From positions 192,001 through 256,000 of the forward strand of contig CAVTWJ010000014.1 in NCBI GenBank assembly GCA_963738405.1: a stretch of 64,000 nucleotides of DNA. Reading direction: 5' to 3'. Below are positions 1 through 9,198 of this stretch, in pieces. How positions within the stretch are numbered: the first letter of the stretch is position 1; every line of letters starts with the position of its first letter. The position numbers and the translations under genes were made by a program. The DNA is from a candidate division FCPU426 bacterium (lineage in GTDB: Bacteria; Oederibacteriota; Muellerivitia; Muellerivitales; Muellerivitaceae). Below the pieces are notes generated by a model that worked only from the letters and a program-made list of their open reading frames with translations, made no database searches and was not told the DNA's origin.

Positions 1-2903
1 GCCTTCAAGGCCGCTGAGGAGCCGGAAGGTTCTTGGCCCCAAACCAGAGACCCGCCCTCATAAGCCGTGATATGGGTCCAAGGCGTGTAGCTGGTGTAGG
101 CCGCGTAGCTCCAGTCGTTGTCCTGGAGCATGTTGCTCCAGTCGCTCTTGTTGAACCGGCTTTGGATCTGGATAGCCTGCCCAGGCTGGAGAACCAGATT
201 CCCCGTGAACTTGTAGCTGATGTAGTCGGTCTGGCCGCCCTGGCTGGTGGCAACAGTCGTGTGCAACACATCACTCGTCACTGAAGTCCCGGCAGGCATC
301 AACCCCGCCCAATCCACCCAGCTTTGGACGCTCTGGTTGGTGCAATCGCAGTTGAACCAGTAGCGCACTTCAACGTTATTCAGGTTCAAGGACCCGGACC
401 CTGTGTTGACCACCTCAATGAAGGGATGGGGGCTGTTGGTGGAATCGGTCGTGACCGACGACAACAGTTCCACGGTCAAGGCCGCAGCTCCGGAAGGCGT
501 GGGTGTGAAGGTAGCGGTTGGGGGCACCGGCGTGTTGGTAAAGGTGAATGTCGCTGTGGGCGGCACCGGCGTGTTGGTGTGGGTAAAGGTCGCCGTTGGC
601 GGAACCGCCGTGCTAGTACTGGTAACGGTCGGAGGCGCTGGGGTATTCGTGACCGTCGGTGGTACCGGCGTATTCGTCACCGTGGGCGGCACCGGACTAT
701 TGGTAGCCGTTGCCGTAGGCGGAACAGGCGTGCTGGTACTGGTAGATGTCGGAGGAGCCGCCGTATTCGTGGCTGTTGGAGGCGCCGGAGTGTTGGTAAC
801 CGTCGGCGGAGCAGGCGTATTGGTCACGGTCGGCGGTACCGGGCTGTTGGTAACCGTCGCTGTGGCAGGCACCGAGGTGAAGGTCGAAGTCGGCGGGATT
901 GCCGTATTCGTCGACGTTGGCGGCACGGCTGTGGCCGTTCTTGTGGCCGTCGACGTAAAGGTAGCGGTTGCGGTCGGCGTCCCCGTGGCTGTCGAAGTCC
1001 TCGTGGGGGTATTTGTAAAGGTTGGCGTAGCCGGTTGCGGAATGACCTGGATGGCTTCCACCATGGCGCTGGTATCGGTGCTGGTGGTTCCCGTAAAGGT
1101 GATGGTAATCACGCCGCCGGTGGGCGACACGTTGTTGATCACCTTGTCGTCCTGGGTGTTGGCGCCCACTTGGGCGTAAACGTCCAGGTTCGAAAGCGCC
1201 GTGCTTCCGTTGACGGCCACGTTGAAAACCCTGTCCCCTGTGGCGAAATCGCCCGAATAGGTCTCGGCGAATTTCAGGGTGACCTGGTAGCTCCCGGCTG
1301 GCACGTTGAAGGAATAGCTGAAGCTGTTCCCGTAGCGCTGGGTGTCGTAAAGGGTGGAATCGGAGGTGCCGGTCACGGCCGCTCCCTCAGCCACGGTGGT
1401 TCCGCCGCTGTAGTTCTCGTCCGCGGCCCAAACGTTGCTCGTGGTGTCCGTGTAAGCCGGACCGCCGGCGTTCACCCGCCAGCTGGAGGACACAATCGGA
1501 GTCGGTGTGGAGGTGACGGTGGGGGTGTGGGTAAAGGTGGCCGTGGGCGGGACGGGGGTGTTGGTGGCCGTGGGGGCCGACGGAGTGTTTGTCTTGGTCG
1601 GCGTAAAGGTAAAGGTCGCCGTCGGGTTGGTTACCCCCGAGACAACTCCCACGAAACTCGTGACGCTAGAGCCGGTCAAGGAATAGGTGAAACTGTTACC
1701 CGAGACTGCTACGGGGGATTTCGCAACAAGGTTATTGCTGCCGTCCGTCACCCAGGGGGTCACCGAAGTCACGTTGACGCCGTTAATGCTGAAAGTCTGG
1801 CTGGTGGTTGAACTGTTGTTGTTGATGGCGACGAAGACGATGGTCTGGGGTGAAGAGGTATTGGTATTTTTGAATGCGCTCACATTAACACCTGATGTCG
1901 GGCTCGCGGTTGCGCCCATGCGGTAATAACCAGGCCGGATGAACTTGCTGTAATTGCCCAGGACATAGGCCTTGATGGTGAAGGCGTTATTGCTGATCAG
2001 GTCGGTGAGCCACCAATAGTGAAAAGCGTTCATATTGGAATTAACCAGGCAGTTTTGTATCCATCCCGCTTCCGTCAATGCGCCCGGAATATCGGTGCTA
2101 TTCCCAGACATCTCAGTTTCCCACCATTCCTGATTCGTCACATGGGTGAAACCAAAGGAAGAAAGGGGCCCCGGATTGGGGGAACCATAAAGATGGGTCC
2201 CGATGATGCCGATCATGGGGGCCACGGTCGTGTCGTCCATGGCGGTCGAGGCCAGGTTCATCCCTCCGGTGTTGTCCGGCTCGGGGAGCATGATCTTGGT
2301 CGAAAGACCCGCGCTTTGGAGGGCGCTATGGAAAGCATTCGCGTAAACATCAAACTGGCCCGCCGTCCAAAGGCAGGCTTCGTAGGTGGGGTTGAAATTG
2401 GGTTCGTTCTGGATGGAAAGGGCGTAAAGGGGGGCGCCATGGCTTTGGGCATATTGGATGAAAGAGACTTGGTAAGAAGCTAATCCTGTGTCGGCGCTGT
2501 TGGGGGAGCCGGAGCCGGCGCCCAAAAAGGTATCGTTGCTGGCGCCGCCATTGACGTTATTGTTCGCCTTGTATTGGGCCGGGGGTGACCATTCGGTAGC
2601 CCATAAAAGGACATTGGGATTGACCGAATGGGCTGTCGCGAGGGTACTCACTTCCGGCGAGAAGTTGTTGTTGGGGTCGATGCGTGCCCGGAGGGAGCTG
2701 ATCCCGATGTGGCCGTTCACGTTGTCCTCGGCGAACAGGGCCTGGCCTAGGCTTCCGATACCGCTCCAGGCGCTGGAGGCCCCGATGCAATGGATGTACT
2801 GGTTGGTCTGGGTGGCGTCAACGGTACAGGTGCCGGCCAGTGCGGCAGAAGCAGCCGTGAAAATCACCGAGATGAAAAGACCCAGGAAATATTTTTTACC
2901 CAT
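1..2903 (-). CDS. Secreted GH30 glycoside hydrolase + malectin-like domain + Thr/Pro linker + CBM3; runs off the left window edge (absent from the ORF track)
   Basis: Manual translation from ATG 2903: MGKKYFLGLFISVIFTAASAALAG signal peptide; GH30 motifs TEWSPP, IQNEP, THLYG, WWETE, LGNYSKFIRPGYYR; malectin-like RVNAGG..LYDTQRYG..VTLKFAE..RVFNV; CBM3 VRYWF..IQSRFNKSDWSN..NDWS; frame stays open to position 1. Confidence 0.9.
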   Translation of the reverse strand, partial: MGKKYFLGLFISVIFTAASAALAGTCTVDATQTNQYIHCIGASSAWSGIGSLGQALFAEDNVNGHIGISSLRARIDPNNNFSPEVSTLATAHSVNPNVLLWATEWSPPAQYKANNNVNGGASNDTFLGAGSGSPNSADTGLASYQVSFIQYAQSHGAPLYALSIQNEPNFNPTYEACLWTAGQFDVYANAFHSALQSAGLSTKIMLPEPDNTGGMNLASTAMDDTTVAPMIGIIGTHLYGSPNPGPLSSFGFTHVTNQEWWETEMSGNSTDIPGALTEAGWIQNCLVNSNMNAFHYWWLTDLISNNAFTIKAYVLGNYSKFIRPGYYRMGATASPTSGVNVSAFKNTNTSSPQTIVFVAINNNSSTTSQTFSINGVNVTSVTPWVTDGSNNLVAKSPVAVSGNSFTYSLTGSSVTSFVGVVSGVTNPTATFTFTPTKTNTPSAPTATNTPVPPTATFTHTPTVTSTPTPIVSSSWRVNAGGPAYTDTTSNVWAADENYSGGTTVAEGAAVTGTSDSTLYDTQRYGNSFSYSFNVPAGSYQVTLKFAETYSGDFATGDRVFNVAVNGSTALSNLDVYAQVGANTQDDKVINNVSPTGGVITITFTGTTSTDTSAMVEAIQVIPQPATPTFTNTPTRTSTATGTPTATATFTSTATRTATAVPPTSTNTAIPPTSTFTSVPATATVTNSPVPPTVTNTPAPPTVTNTPAPPTATNTAAPPTSTSTSTPVPPTATATNSPVPPTVTNTPVPPTVTNTPAPPTVTSTSTAVPPTATFTHTNTPVPPTATFTFTNTPVPPTATFTPTPSGAAALTVELLSSVTTDSTNSPHPFIEVVNTGSGSLNLNNVEVRYWFNCDCTNQSVQSWVDWAGLMPAGTSVTSDVLHTTVATSQGGQTDYISYKFTGNLVLQPGQAIQIQSRFNKSDWSNMLQDNDWSYAAYTSYTPWTHITAYEGGSLVWGQEPSGSSAALK

Positions 2904-3000
2904 CGAAGCACCCCTTTGAATTTTCGCGACTTAAATTTCAATTAAATCGTTGTGAGCCAAGGACAAGGCATGGAAAGGCGTAGGGACCCTGACATCGATT

Positions 3001-3027
3001 AGTGTTTGGAGAATGCCGGTTTATTCC
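3001..3027 (-). promoter_or_regulatory. Putative ECF sigma promoter GGAATAAACC-N10-AAACACT upstream of the GH30 gene
   Basis: Same two boxes and spacing as at 7187-7213 upstream of the ECF sigma gene. Confidence 0.7.
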
Positions 3028-3081
3028 CGTCAGGCGACGGTTTTTATCCGGGAAGCGGGGAGGCTTATTTTATTAGGAAAA

Positions 3082-4413
3082 TCAGGGGTTTTGAGGGTGT
3101 TTAAGGTGGTATGTCCCCAACCATTGGCTTAAAGCTTGGTCGCTCGGGTTCAGGCGGAGGGCCTGTTCCAGGCATTGGAGAGCCTGGGCATTCTGGCCCA
3201 ATCGCAGGTAAACAATTCCCAGGTTCCGCCAGGCCCGGCTGTCCTGCGGGTTCGCCTGAACCGCCTGCTCATAGGGCCCTGTCAAACTGGAAGCCTGGTT
3301 CGCCGTGCCCGGGGTTGCCACGGCGGCGGGGAGTTCGAAACGCACTTCAACCTTCGATTTGGCGACTCCTTCCGGGAGGGGAGAGGGCATGGGCGTCGCC
3401 ACTACCGTAACCGGGAGGGCCTGAACCGTCACAGGTTTGGGGGAAACTGGGGTGGGATTGGCAAATTCGTATCCCACGCTAATACGGTGCGAGGTTCCCA
3501 GGTCGCCGTAAGGAACAAAGGCGTAGTCCAATTGAAAAGAACCTAACTTTACACCCGCTCCGGCAGTGAAACCCGTCAACCCGTTGATTTGGTTGTCAGA
3601 GAGCGCCCCTTGGTAACCCACCCGAAGGCTATAGTCCCGTTCAATGGTTCCTTCCAAACCGCATTGGAGGCGGCTCACGCCATTGGGCTCCCAGTCCCCC
3701 ACAAGAAGGGGGCAAAGATCCGCGCCCTTTCCCAAATACAGGATCGTCGAGAGGCCTAGGCGCAGATCCTGGGCCGGAGTTATGCCGGAAAGATCCGTCC
3801 CCAGTCCCGAGTAGGTCAAACCCAATCGAAAGTCAGGTGCCGGGATAAAGAGGGCGCCCACATCGCCGGACATACTCGTATAAAGCGCCTCAACGATCTT
3901 TTGTTGGAATCCGTGCAAGGCGATCCCCAGGGAAAATTCCCGCGCCACCCTAGTTCCCCAACCCAGGCTGAAGGCAGCGTCGCTGTCGGTGAAGGATCCA
4001 AGGTAAACCCCATTGGGATCCCGTTCATCCAAATTTCCCCAGGAAACATATTGAAGGGCCCCGGCGAAACCGCCCAGGGAGCCCGCGGGTAATCCGAAAA
4101 GAAGGGTCTCCTCGAAGGAACCTGCCAGATAGCTGTTATGGTTAATGGAAAGACTGGCGGCGCGCAATTGGGATAGCCCCGCGGCGTTAAAGAACAATGC
4201 CGAAGGATCGTCGGCGAGCCCCGCGAGGGCGTCCCCCAATGCGTCCGCCCGGGCCGAGGCCCCGAGAGCGGTGAGCGGAGTCTCCAGACCCGCGCCTGAA
4301 GAAACCGTCTGGACCGGAAGAGCCGTCTGCGGCAAGAAAAGAAACATGACGACGACCAAAATCGTTTTAGACCATCGTCGCGCCGTTTTGAAAGGGCGGA
4401 AAACCATTATCAT
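3082..4413 (-). CDS. PorV/PorQ-like (FadL-type) outer-membrane beta-barrel with C-terminal TPR
   Basis: Signal peptide; LGASARADALGDALAGLADDPSALFFNAAGL N-terminal motif; barrel end LDYAFVPYGDLGTSHRISVGYEF; TPR AWRNLGIVYLRLG..ALQCLEQALRLNP. Confidence 0.8.
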   Translation of the reverse strand: MIMVFRPFKTARRWSKTILVVVMFLFLPQTALPVQTVSSGAGLETPLTALGASARADALGDALAGLADDPSALFFNAAGLSQLRAASLSINHNSYLAGSFEETLLFGLPAGSLGGFAGALQYVSWGNLDERDPNGVYLGSFTDSDAAFSLGWGTRVAREFSLGIALHGFQQKIVEALYTSMSGDVGALFIPAPDFRLGLTYSGLGTDLSGITPAQDLRLGLSTILYLGKGADLCPLLVGDWEPNGVSRLQCGLEGTIERDYSLRVGYQGALSDNQINGLTGFTAGAGVKLGSFQLDYAFVPYGDLGTSHRISVGYEFANPTPVSPKPVTVQALPVTVVATPMPSPLPEGVAKSKVEVRFELPAAVATPGTANQASSLTGPYEQAVQANPQDSRAWRNLGIVYLRLGQNAQALQCLEQALRLNPSDQALSQWLGTYHLKHPQNP

Positions 4414-5840
4414 TTTTCGACCGCCAGAACCTGGGTCTTAAAGTTATCGGCCCGGCCCGAGGAGTAATTCAGCTCGACGCGGTAAAAATAATGTCCCGGC
4501 GCGAAGGCGGAAATGTTGAGAGTGCTTGATTGCAATCCAGACCCCTTGGGATCGCTCAGGGTGGCGGCAAGGTTTCCCCAGGCGTTCCAGATCTTGATAT
4601 TGGCGGTACCCGACTCGGCCATGGTGTAAACGAACTGCACGGTGTTCCCGCTGGTGGGGTTGGGAGCCACGTAGGGGTTGCCCCCAACAGGCGCGGGCGG
4701 TGTGGAAACAGGCGTAGGACAGGCGCCCGCCAGATTCATTTGGCCGTAATCGCTCGCGTTCGAATAATCGTCCGATTCGCCATTCCAGATGATTTGACCG
4801 TCCCGGCAATTGCCCCCGTTGTGGTTCACATCGACCCCTACATCAAAACCTAAAACCGTTCCGGGATTGGGACTGCCTATTCCTAATGTGGACCAGGGGA
4901 TCGAGGCCTCAATCACATATCCGGCGGGGATCGTCGTGGTCCGCATGCTGACCCCCGCGGTCCTTCCCTGGGACTCGGTAGCTGTCGTATCGTTCCATCG
5001 GAAAAAATATTCGAAGTCGGCATTCGTAACCGTGACACCTCGTGAATCCGCCGTATCCAGATAAAGTTCCACCGTCGAATTGACCCATACGGAGGCTGAT
5101 CCTGTATTCGTGAGCTGACTGTCAGTGACCGTTACGCCCAGATAAAGATTTGTCGAGTCCCATAGGGTCTTAAATTGGGCCGTGGTGCCATAAACATTGC
5201 CCAGCACAGTTTTGTTGACGGTATTCCAGCCTGTCGGGATTTCCCAGGGCCATTCGTTCAAAACCCCGTCCACGCTGACGCCCGCTTGGCAGGCGGAAGG
5301 TGTTTGGGGCGTGGGGGTGGGGTTGAGCGGGGCCCCCGAGAAGAGGTATTCCCGGGGTATATATTCCTGGGCTTGGGAAGGGCTCTGCCAGGCCAGTTGG
5401 ATGAGGTCCGTAGTTGGGTTGGCGCCGTTGGTGAAATAATCCAACTCGATCGAGACGGGCGTATTGGCGGTGAGCGTAATGACCCCTGCAAAGCCTCGGA
5501 TAGGCGGGGGGAAATCGGTCCATTGGTTGATGAGAACCTGTCCGTTGATGATCAGGCTCACACCCCCATTCACATCTGCGATGAAGGTGTAGGGTTCGCT
5601 ATAGGCGGGTTCCACTTGGCCCGTCCACTTCACCGAAAAGGAGGTGCCCGACATGCCCGGCTGGGGGGGACAGCCAAACCAGCGATAGCTGATCAGAGGA
5701 TCCACCACCGTTACCGCCGGGCTGGTCAAATTGGAGTTAATGTAATAGACGCCCTTGAGGCCGTCGCCGTTGAACTGGGCGAAGGAGGGTTTGGGGAGGC
5801 AAAGCAGAACAGCGCAAAGGGCGAATGGGATCCGTTTCAA
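4410..5840 (-). CDS. Secreted non-catalytic PA14 + CBM9/DOMON-like sugar-binding protein with T9SS-like C-terminal domain
   Basis: PA14 motifs GDGLKGVYY, FSVKWTGQVEP, IQLAWQSPS; CBM9-like VDGVLNEW, LWDSTNLYLGVTVTD, YVIEASIPWSTLG, GFDVGVD; tail PNP..IKIWNAWGN..APGHYFYRV. Confidence 0.8.
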   Translation of the reverse strand: MKRIPFALCAVLLCLPKPSFAQFNGDGLKGVYYINSNLTSPAVTVVDPLISYRWFGCPPQPGMSGTSFSVKWTGQVEPAYSEPYTFIADVNGGVSLIINGQVLINQWTDFPPPIRGFAGVITLTANTPVSIELDYFTNGANPTTDLIQLAWQSPSQAQEYIPREYLFSGAPLNPTPTPQTPSACQAGVSVDGVLNEWPWEIPTGWNTVNKTVLGNVYGTTAQFKTLWDSTNLYLGVTVTDSQLTNTGSASVWVNSTVELYLDTADSRGVTVTNADFEYFFRWNDTTATESQGRTAGVSMRTTTIPAGYVIEASIPWSTLGIGSPNPGTVLGFDVGVDVNHNGGNCRDGQIIWNGESDDYSNASDYGQMNLAGACPTPVSTPPAPVGGNPYVAPNPTSGNTVQFVYTMAESGTANIKIWNAWGNLAATLSDPKGSGLQSSTLNISAFAPGHYFYRVELNYSSGRADNFKTQVLAVEK

Positions 5841-5925
5841 GGCAGCCTCGAGAATGGTTCATTCGGACCGACCAAACCATTATTTACCCGGGGCCTAACA
5901 ACGCACCAGAGAATATTCGTGTTCT

Positions 5926-6603
5926 TTAGGGAGCCGTCGGCTGGAGCTTGATCCGGATGTTCTTGGACATGTGTGCCTCGCCCGCCTGCACATCAATGCG
6001 GTAATCGCCCGTGCCCGCCGCTTCCCCGTTATCCAAAAGGCCGTCCCATTTAAAGTCCCACCGCCCGGCCTGGACAAAACCGGCGTAAAGGGCCCTTACT
6101 TCCTTTCCGCCCGAATCGAGGATACGGACCGTCACGAGGGATTTTTGCGGCGCGTCCACCAGAACACTCAATTCTTGGCCTTCCTGACCGGGTCCGGCCG
6201 ATAAGGGTTGAATGGGAACGGGTTTTTGGACCACAGGTTTCAAGGTTGAAACGCTGGATTTTTCAATGGGTTGTTGGACGGTCTGCGGTTGAACCTGCAG
6301 AGGAACTTCCATTTTAGTTTGGGGCCAGAACTTCCAAAGGGCAGTCCCCCCGGCGGCCAGAACCACCAAAAGAAGCTTGGCCGCGCCGGACCAACCAACC
6401 GGGCCCGCGCCTCCGGGATGGGGAAGGGATTGCAGGCCCTGGGGGAGTGTCGGCTGGGGAAGGCCGGTGGCAAGATAATGCTGTTGGAGCATTTTCTCAT
6501 AGCTCAAAGCGGCATCGGGGGAACTTTCCAAAAGCTTGGAAAGGGCCGCATGTTCGGCCTCGCTCAGTTCCCTCGTGAAAAATTCTTGGACTAAATCAGC
6601 CAT
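5926..6603 (-). CDS. Putative single-pass anti-sigma factor with extracytoplasmic FlgD-Ig/CTD-like domain
   Basis: Overlaps the ECF sigma gene end; N-terminal helical domain (ELSEAEHAALSKLL), one TM segment, C-terminal VRILDSGGKEVRAL..WDGLLDNGEAAGTGDYRI. Confidence 0.7.
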   Translation of the reverse strand: MADLVQEFFTRELSEAEHAALSKLLESSPDAALSYEKMLQQHYLATGLPQPTLPQGLQSLPHPGGAGPVGWSGAAKLLLVVLAAGGTALWKFWPQTKMEVPLQVQPQTVQQPIEKSSVSTLKPVVQKPVPIQPLSAGPGQEGQELSVLVDAPQKSLVTVRILDSGGKEVRALYAGFVQAGRWDFKWDGLLDNGEAAGTGDYRIDVQAGEAHMSKNIRIKLQPTAP

Positions 6604-7168
6604 TTTCGCCTTCTTTTATGAACTGCTCGACTAGCACCTTGAGCGCCTTTTTGCACCGGGAAAGCCTCGACATCACGGTCCCCAAGGGGATCTTGAGCGT
6701 CTTTCCGACCTCGATATAACTCATTTCCTTCATTTCTCGTATTTGAATAATCTCCCGGCATTCCTGGCCTATCTTTTCCAGGCATTTCTCGATGATTCCC
6801 AGCTTGAAGCGTTTTTCCTGTTCCCGATCCCCAGCTTCCTGCCGGTCCTTGGCCGCGGATTGGAGCAAAAAATCTAATTCAGCGTGTTCTTGACTCACCA
6901 GCTTCGCCCTTTGCCGGTACCGGTTGTGGCACTTAAAGATGCAAATCTGCGTCAGCCAGGTCGAGAGACTGGACCGGAACTCGAATTCGGGCAATTTTTC
7001 AAAGGCTGTGATAAAGGTTTCTTGGACCAAATCTTCAGCCTCCGGGTCCTGATAGCCCAATAAATACACGCAGTTTCGATAAAGTCTTTCCCGATAGGTG
7101 ACGAAAAACTGGGTCTTAGCTTGATCGTCGCCTTGGAGGATCTTTTGAACCAACTCCCGTTCGTCCAA
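6596..7168 (-). CDS. ECF (sigma-70 group 4) RNA polymerase sigma factor
   Basis: Region 2 AEDLVQETF..FEFRSSLSTWL; region 4 MSYIEVGKTLKIPLGTVMSRLSR. Confidence 0.95.
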   Translation of the reverse strand: MDERELVQKILQGDDQAKTQFFVTYRERLYRNCVYLLGYQDPEAEDLVQETFITAFEKLPEFEFRSSLSTWLTQICIFKCHNRYRQRAKLVSQEHAELDFLLQSAAKDRQEAGDREQEKRFKLGIIEKCLEKIGQECREIIQIREMKEMSYIEVGKTLKIPLGTVMSRLSRCKKALKVLVEQFIKEGENG

Positions 7169-7186
7169 GAGTGCCCCTTACAGATG

Positions 7187-7213
7187 AGTGTTTTAACGTG
7201 AATGGTTTATTCC
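7187..7213 (-). promoter_or_regulatory. Putative autoregulatory ECF promoter GGAATAAACC-N10-AAACACT
   Basis: Lies 18 nt upstream of the sigma start codon; repeated at 3001-3027. Confidence 0.7.
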
Positions 7214-7274
7214 ATTTTGAACCCAAATGGGAGGTTTTCATCAAAAAACTTTCTCTTTAAAAAGCTGATTTCCC

Positions 7275-9089
7275 TTAACCTCGCTGGGATTTTTTCCGGA
7301 ATTGCTGTGGTGATTGAGCGGTTTTTCGCCGAAAGAACCGCGCGAAGTGGGAGCCGGGTTTGAATCCGCAGGATTTGGCGACTTGAGAGACTGGCAGGCT
7401 TCCAGTTTTCAAAAGCCGTTTCGCTTCCTCCAGCCGCAGGTTCTGTAAGTAGTTTTCCAAGCCCATTCCCGCGGTTTTCTTGAAATGACGGCTAAGAGTG
7501 GCGGTCGATACATCCGCAAGCCTCGCGAGTTTGGCGATTCTCAATGGTTCTCGGAAATGCTCGTTCAAATAATCACGGACCTTTTCCATTGAAAAGGCCG
7601 TCTTCAAAGCGCCAGGACCCTGCATGAGACGCAAAAGTTTTTCCAACGCGTCCTTGAAAGAGAAAACCATTTCCTGCGTGGTCCCGGCTTTCTCCAGGGA
7701 AAGCACCAGGTTTTGGTGGAGTTGATCGGCCTCCTTTTCGCTTAAGTTCCCTTGGGCGCGGATCGTATCTCTCATCTGGATCAAAGCGTACTGCAGGTGC
7801 AGGCGGATGCCGTCAGGGTCGTGCATGGAGAGGGTCAGGACCTGTTTCAAGAATTCATCCAGCACCGCTTCCATGCCTGAGAGGGATGAAACCTCGATGC
7901 GCTTCTTAAGTTCCCGCAAGAGGCTCGACAATTCCAAGATCCCTTCTGAAACTTCCAACCGGACGGGTTTGAAAAAAACAATTTCCTGGCCCGTTGCCCG
8001 GCCCAAGTGCAGGGCCAACACCGCCTGCTGATAGGAATCCAAAAGCGTTTCACCGGGCGTGACAGTTTCTCCCACTCCCACCAGAACAGGCCCCTCCAAT
8101 TCTTCCTGGGCGAAAGCGTGAATCCTTTCGGTAAGTTCCCTCAATTCATCCCGGCGTTGGGGCCGGCTCTTGGAAAGATCGGGCGAGGTGATGAAAAGTG
8201 CGCCGTAATTTTCAAGCCGTCCTCCCAAGGTTTGGGGCAGGGTCTTCGCGAAGCGGAAAGCCCGCCGCTGGAAACGGTAGATCCGAAACATTTCCTCAAT
8301 GGGGTCTCTCTTCTTCCCTTGAATGGTCAGCGGAATGGCTGTCAGGACCGTCGTCGGAATACGGCTGATGCCGATATCGGACTTGATCCAGTCCATTTTC
8401 GGAACTTCGGTGTTCCAAAGGGGCGTAGCCTGCCGGGTGGGAAGTCCCAGGGCCCAATCCATGAAATAACTGTGGGGAAAATGCCTGGAGAATATTTTCG
8501 TCGAAAGTTCCTGAAGACGGCGGGGCGCGTTGGAGAGATTTTCCCGGACCAAGATATCGGCGAACAGTTTCAACGCTTCCCGGTAAGCCGAAAGAACCGG
8601 CCCTTCCAGAACGGGTGTATCGAGCATGACGCGGACAAACTGCCGGAATTCGGGGTTTTCAGGAGTTGCGGTTTGTCCCGTCAATTGGTTCCAGCTCATT
8701 TTGAGGAGGGGGTAGGTCACTTCCTCTTTTGCGAAGGCGCCGGATAGGATCGTCCCAAACCGCACCTTCCCCCGCCGGATGGGCATGAAAATGTCATAAA
8801 ACCCCAGGGTCTCCAAAAGAAGCGGCTGGTCCTTGCCCTGTTTCGCCTCATATTCTGGATCAGTGAGTTTGTCCCAATTAAAAGATTGTCCGTATTTCTT
8901 CTCGAAATCGAAGAGCGAGGCGTCCCGGCGGTGATAATTGGCGGCCAACCATCCCTCGGTGCCGCTTCCCGGGTCTTTGGTGATGATGAAACAATTCAGG
9001 TCGACGTAATACCGAAGGATGTTGATGAACCCTTCATATCCAATGAGGTTCTCGAACACCCGGAAGGTTTTGGAAGGACGGGGAGCCAT
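7275..9089 (-). CDS. AraC-family transcriptional regulator with large N-terminal sensor region (possibly PocR-like plus CdaR-type GGDEF-like domains)
   Basis: C-terminal AraC double HTH (LSRHFKKTAG..RLEEAKRLL..VAKSCGF..FARFFRRKTAQSPQQFRK); central VLVGVG..SYQQAVLAL. Confidence 0.85.
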   Translation of the reverse strand: MAPRPSKTFRVFENLIGYEGFINILRYYVDLNCFIITKDPGSGTEGWLAANYHRRDASLFDFEKKYGQSFNWDKLTDPEYEAKQGKDQPLLLETLGFYDIFMPIRRGKVRFGTILSGAFAKEEVTYPLLKMSWNQLTGQTATPENPEFRQFVRVMLDTPVLEGPVLSAYREALKLFADILVRENLSNAPRRLQELSTKIFSRHFPHSYFMDWALGLPTRQATPLWNTEVPKMDWIKSDIGISRIPTTVLTAIPLTIQGKKRDPIEEMFRIYRFQRRAFRFAKTLPQTLGGRLENYGALFITSPDLSKSRPQRRDELRELTERIHAFAQEELEGPVLVGVGETVTPGETLLDSYQQAVLALHLGRATGQEIVFFKPVRLEVSEGILELSSLLRELKKRIEVSSLSGMEAVLDEFLKQVLTLSMHDPDGIRLHLQYALIQMRDTIRAQGNLSEKEADQLHQNLVLSLEKAGTTQEMVFSFKDALEKLLRLMQGPGALKTAFSMEKVRDYLNEHFREPLRIAKLARLADVSTATLSRHFKKTAGMGLENYLQNLRLEEAKRLLKTGSLPVSQVAKSCGFKPGSHFARFFRRKTAQSPQQFRKKSQRG

Positions 9090-9198
9090 AGCCCAAGTTA
9101 ACCCTCTTTTTAGAAAATAGTCACGAAAGATTTAATTCTGGGAAAGGTCATTGCGAGTTCGAAGTTCGGGAATCTTCAGCGAAATGGATCTGTAAGAT

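Noticed and set aside
324..1811. Long plus-strand Val/Gly- or Arg-rich ORFs (also near 10.2-11, 13.3-14.5, 17.3-19.4 and 21.5-22.6 kb)
   Set aside because: Antisense shadows of the Thr/Pro linker codons of the minus-strand CAZymes
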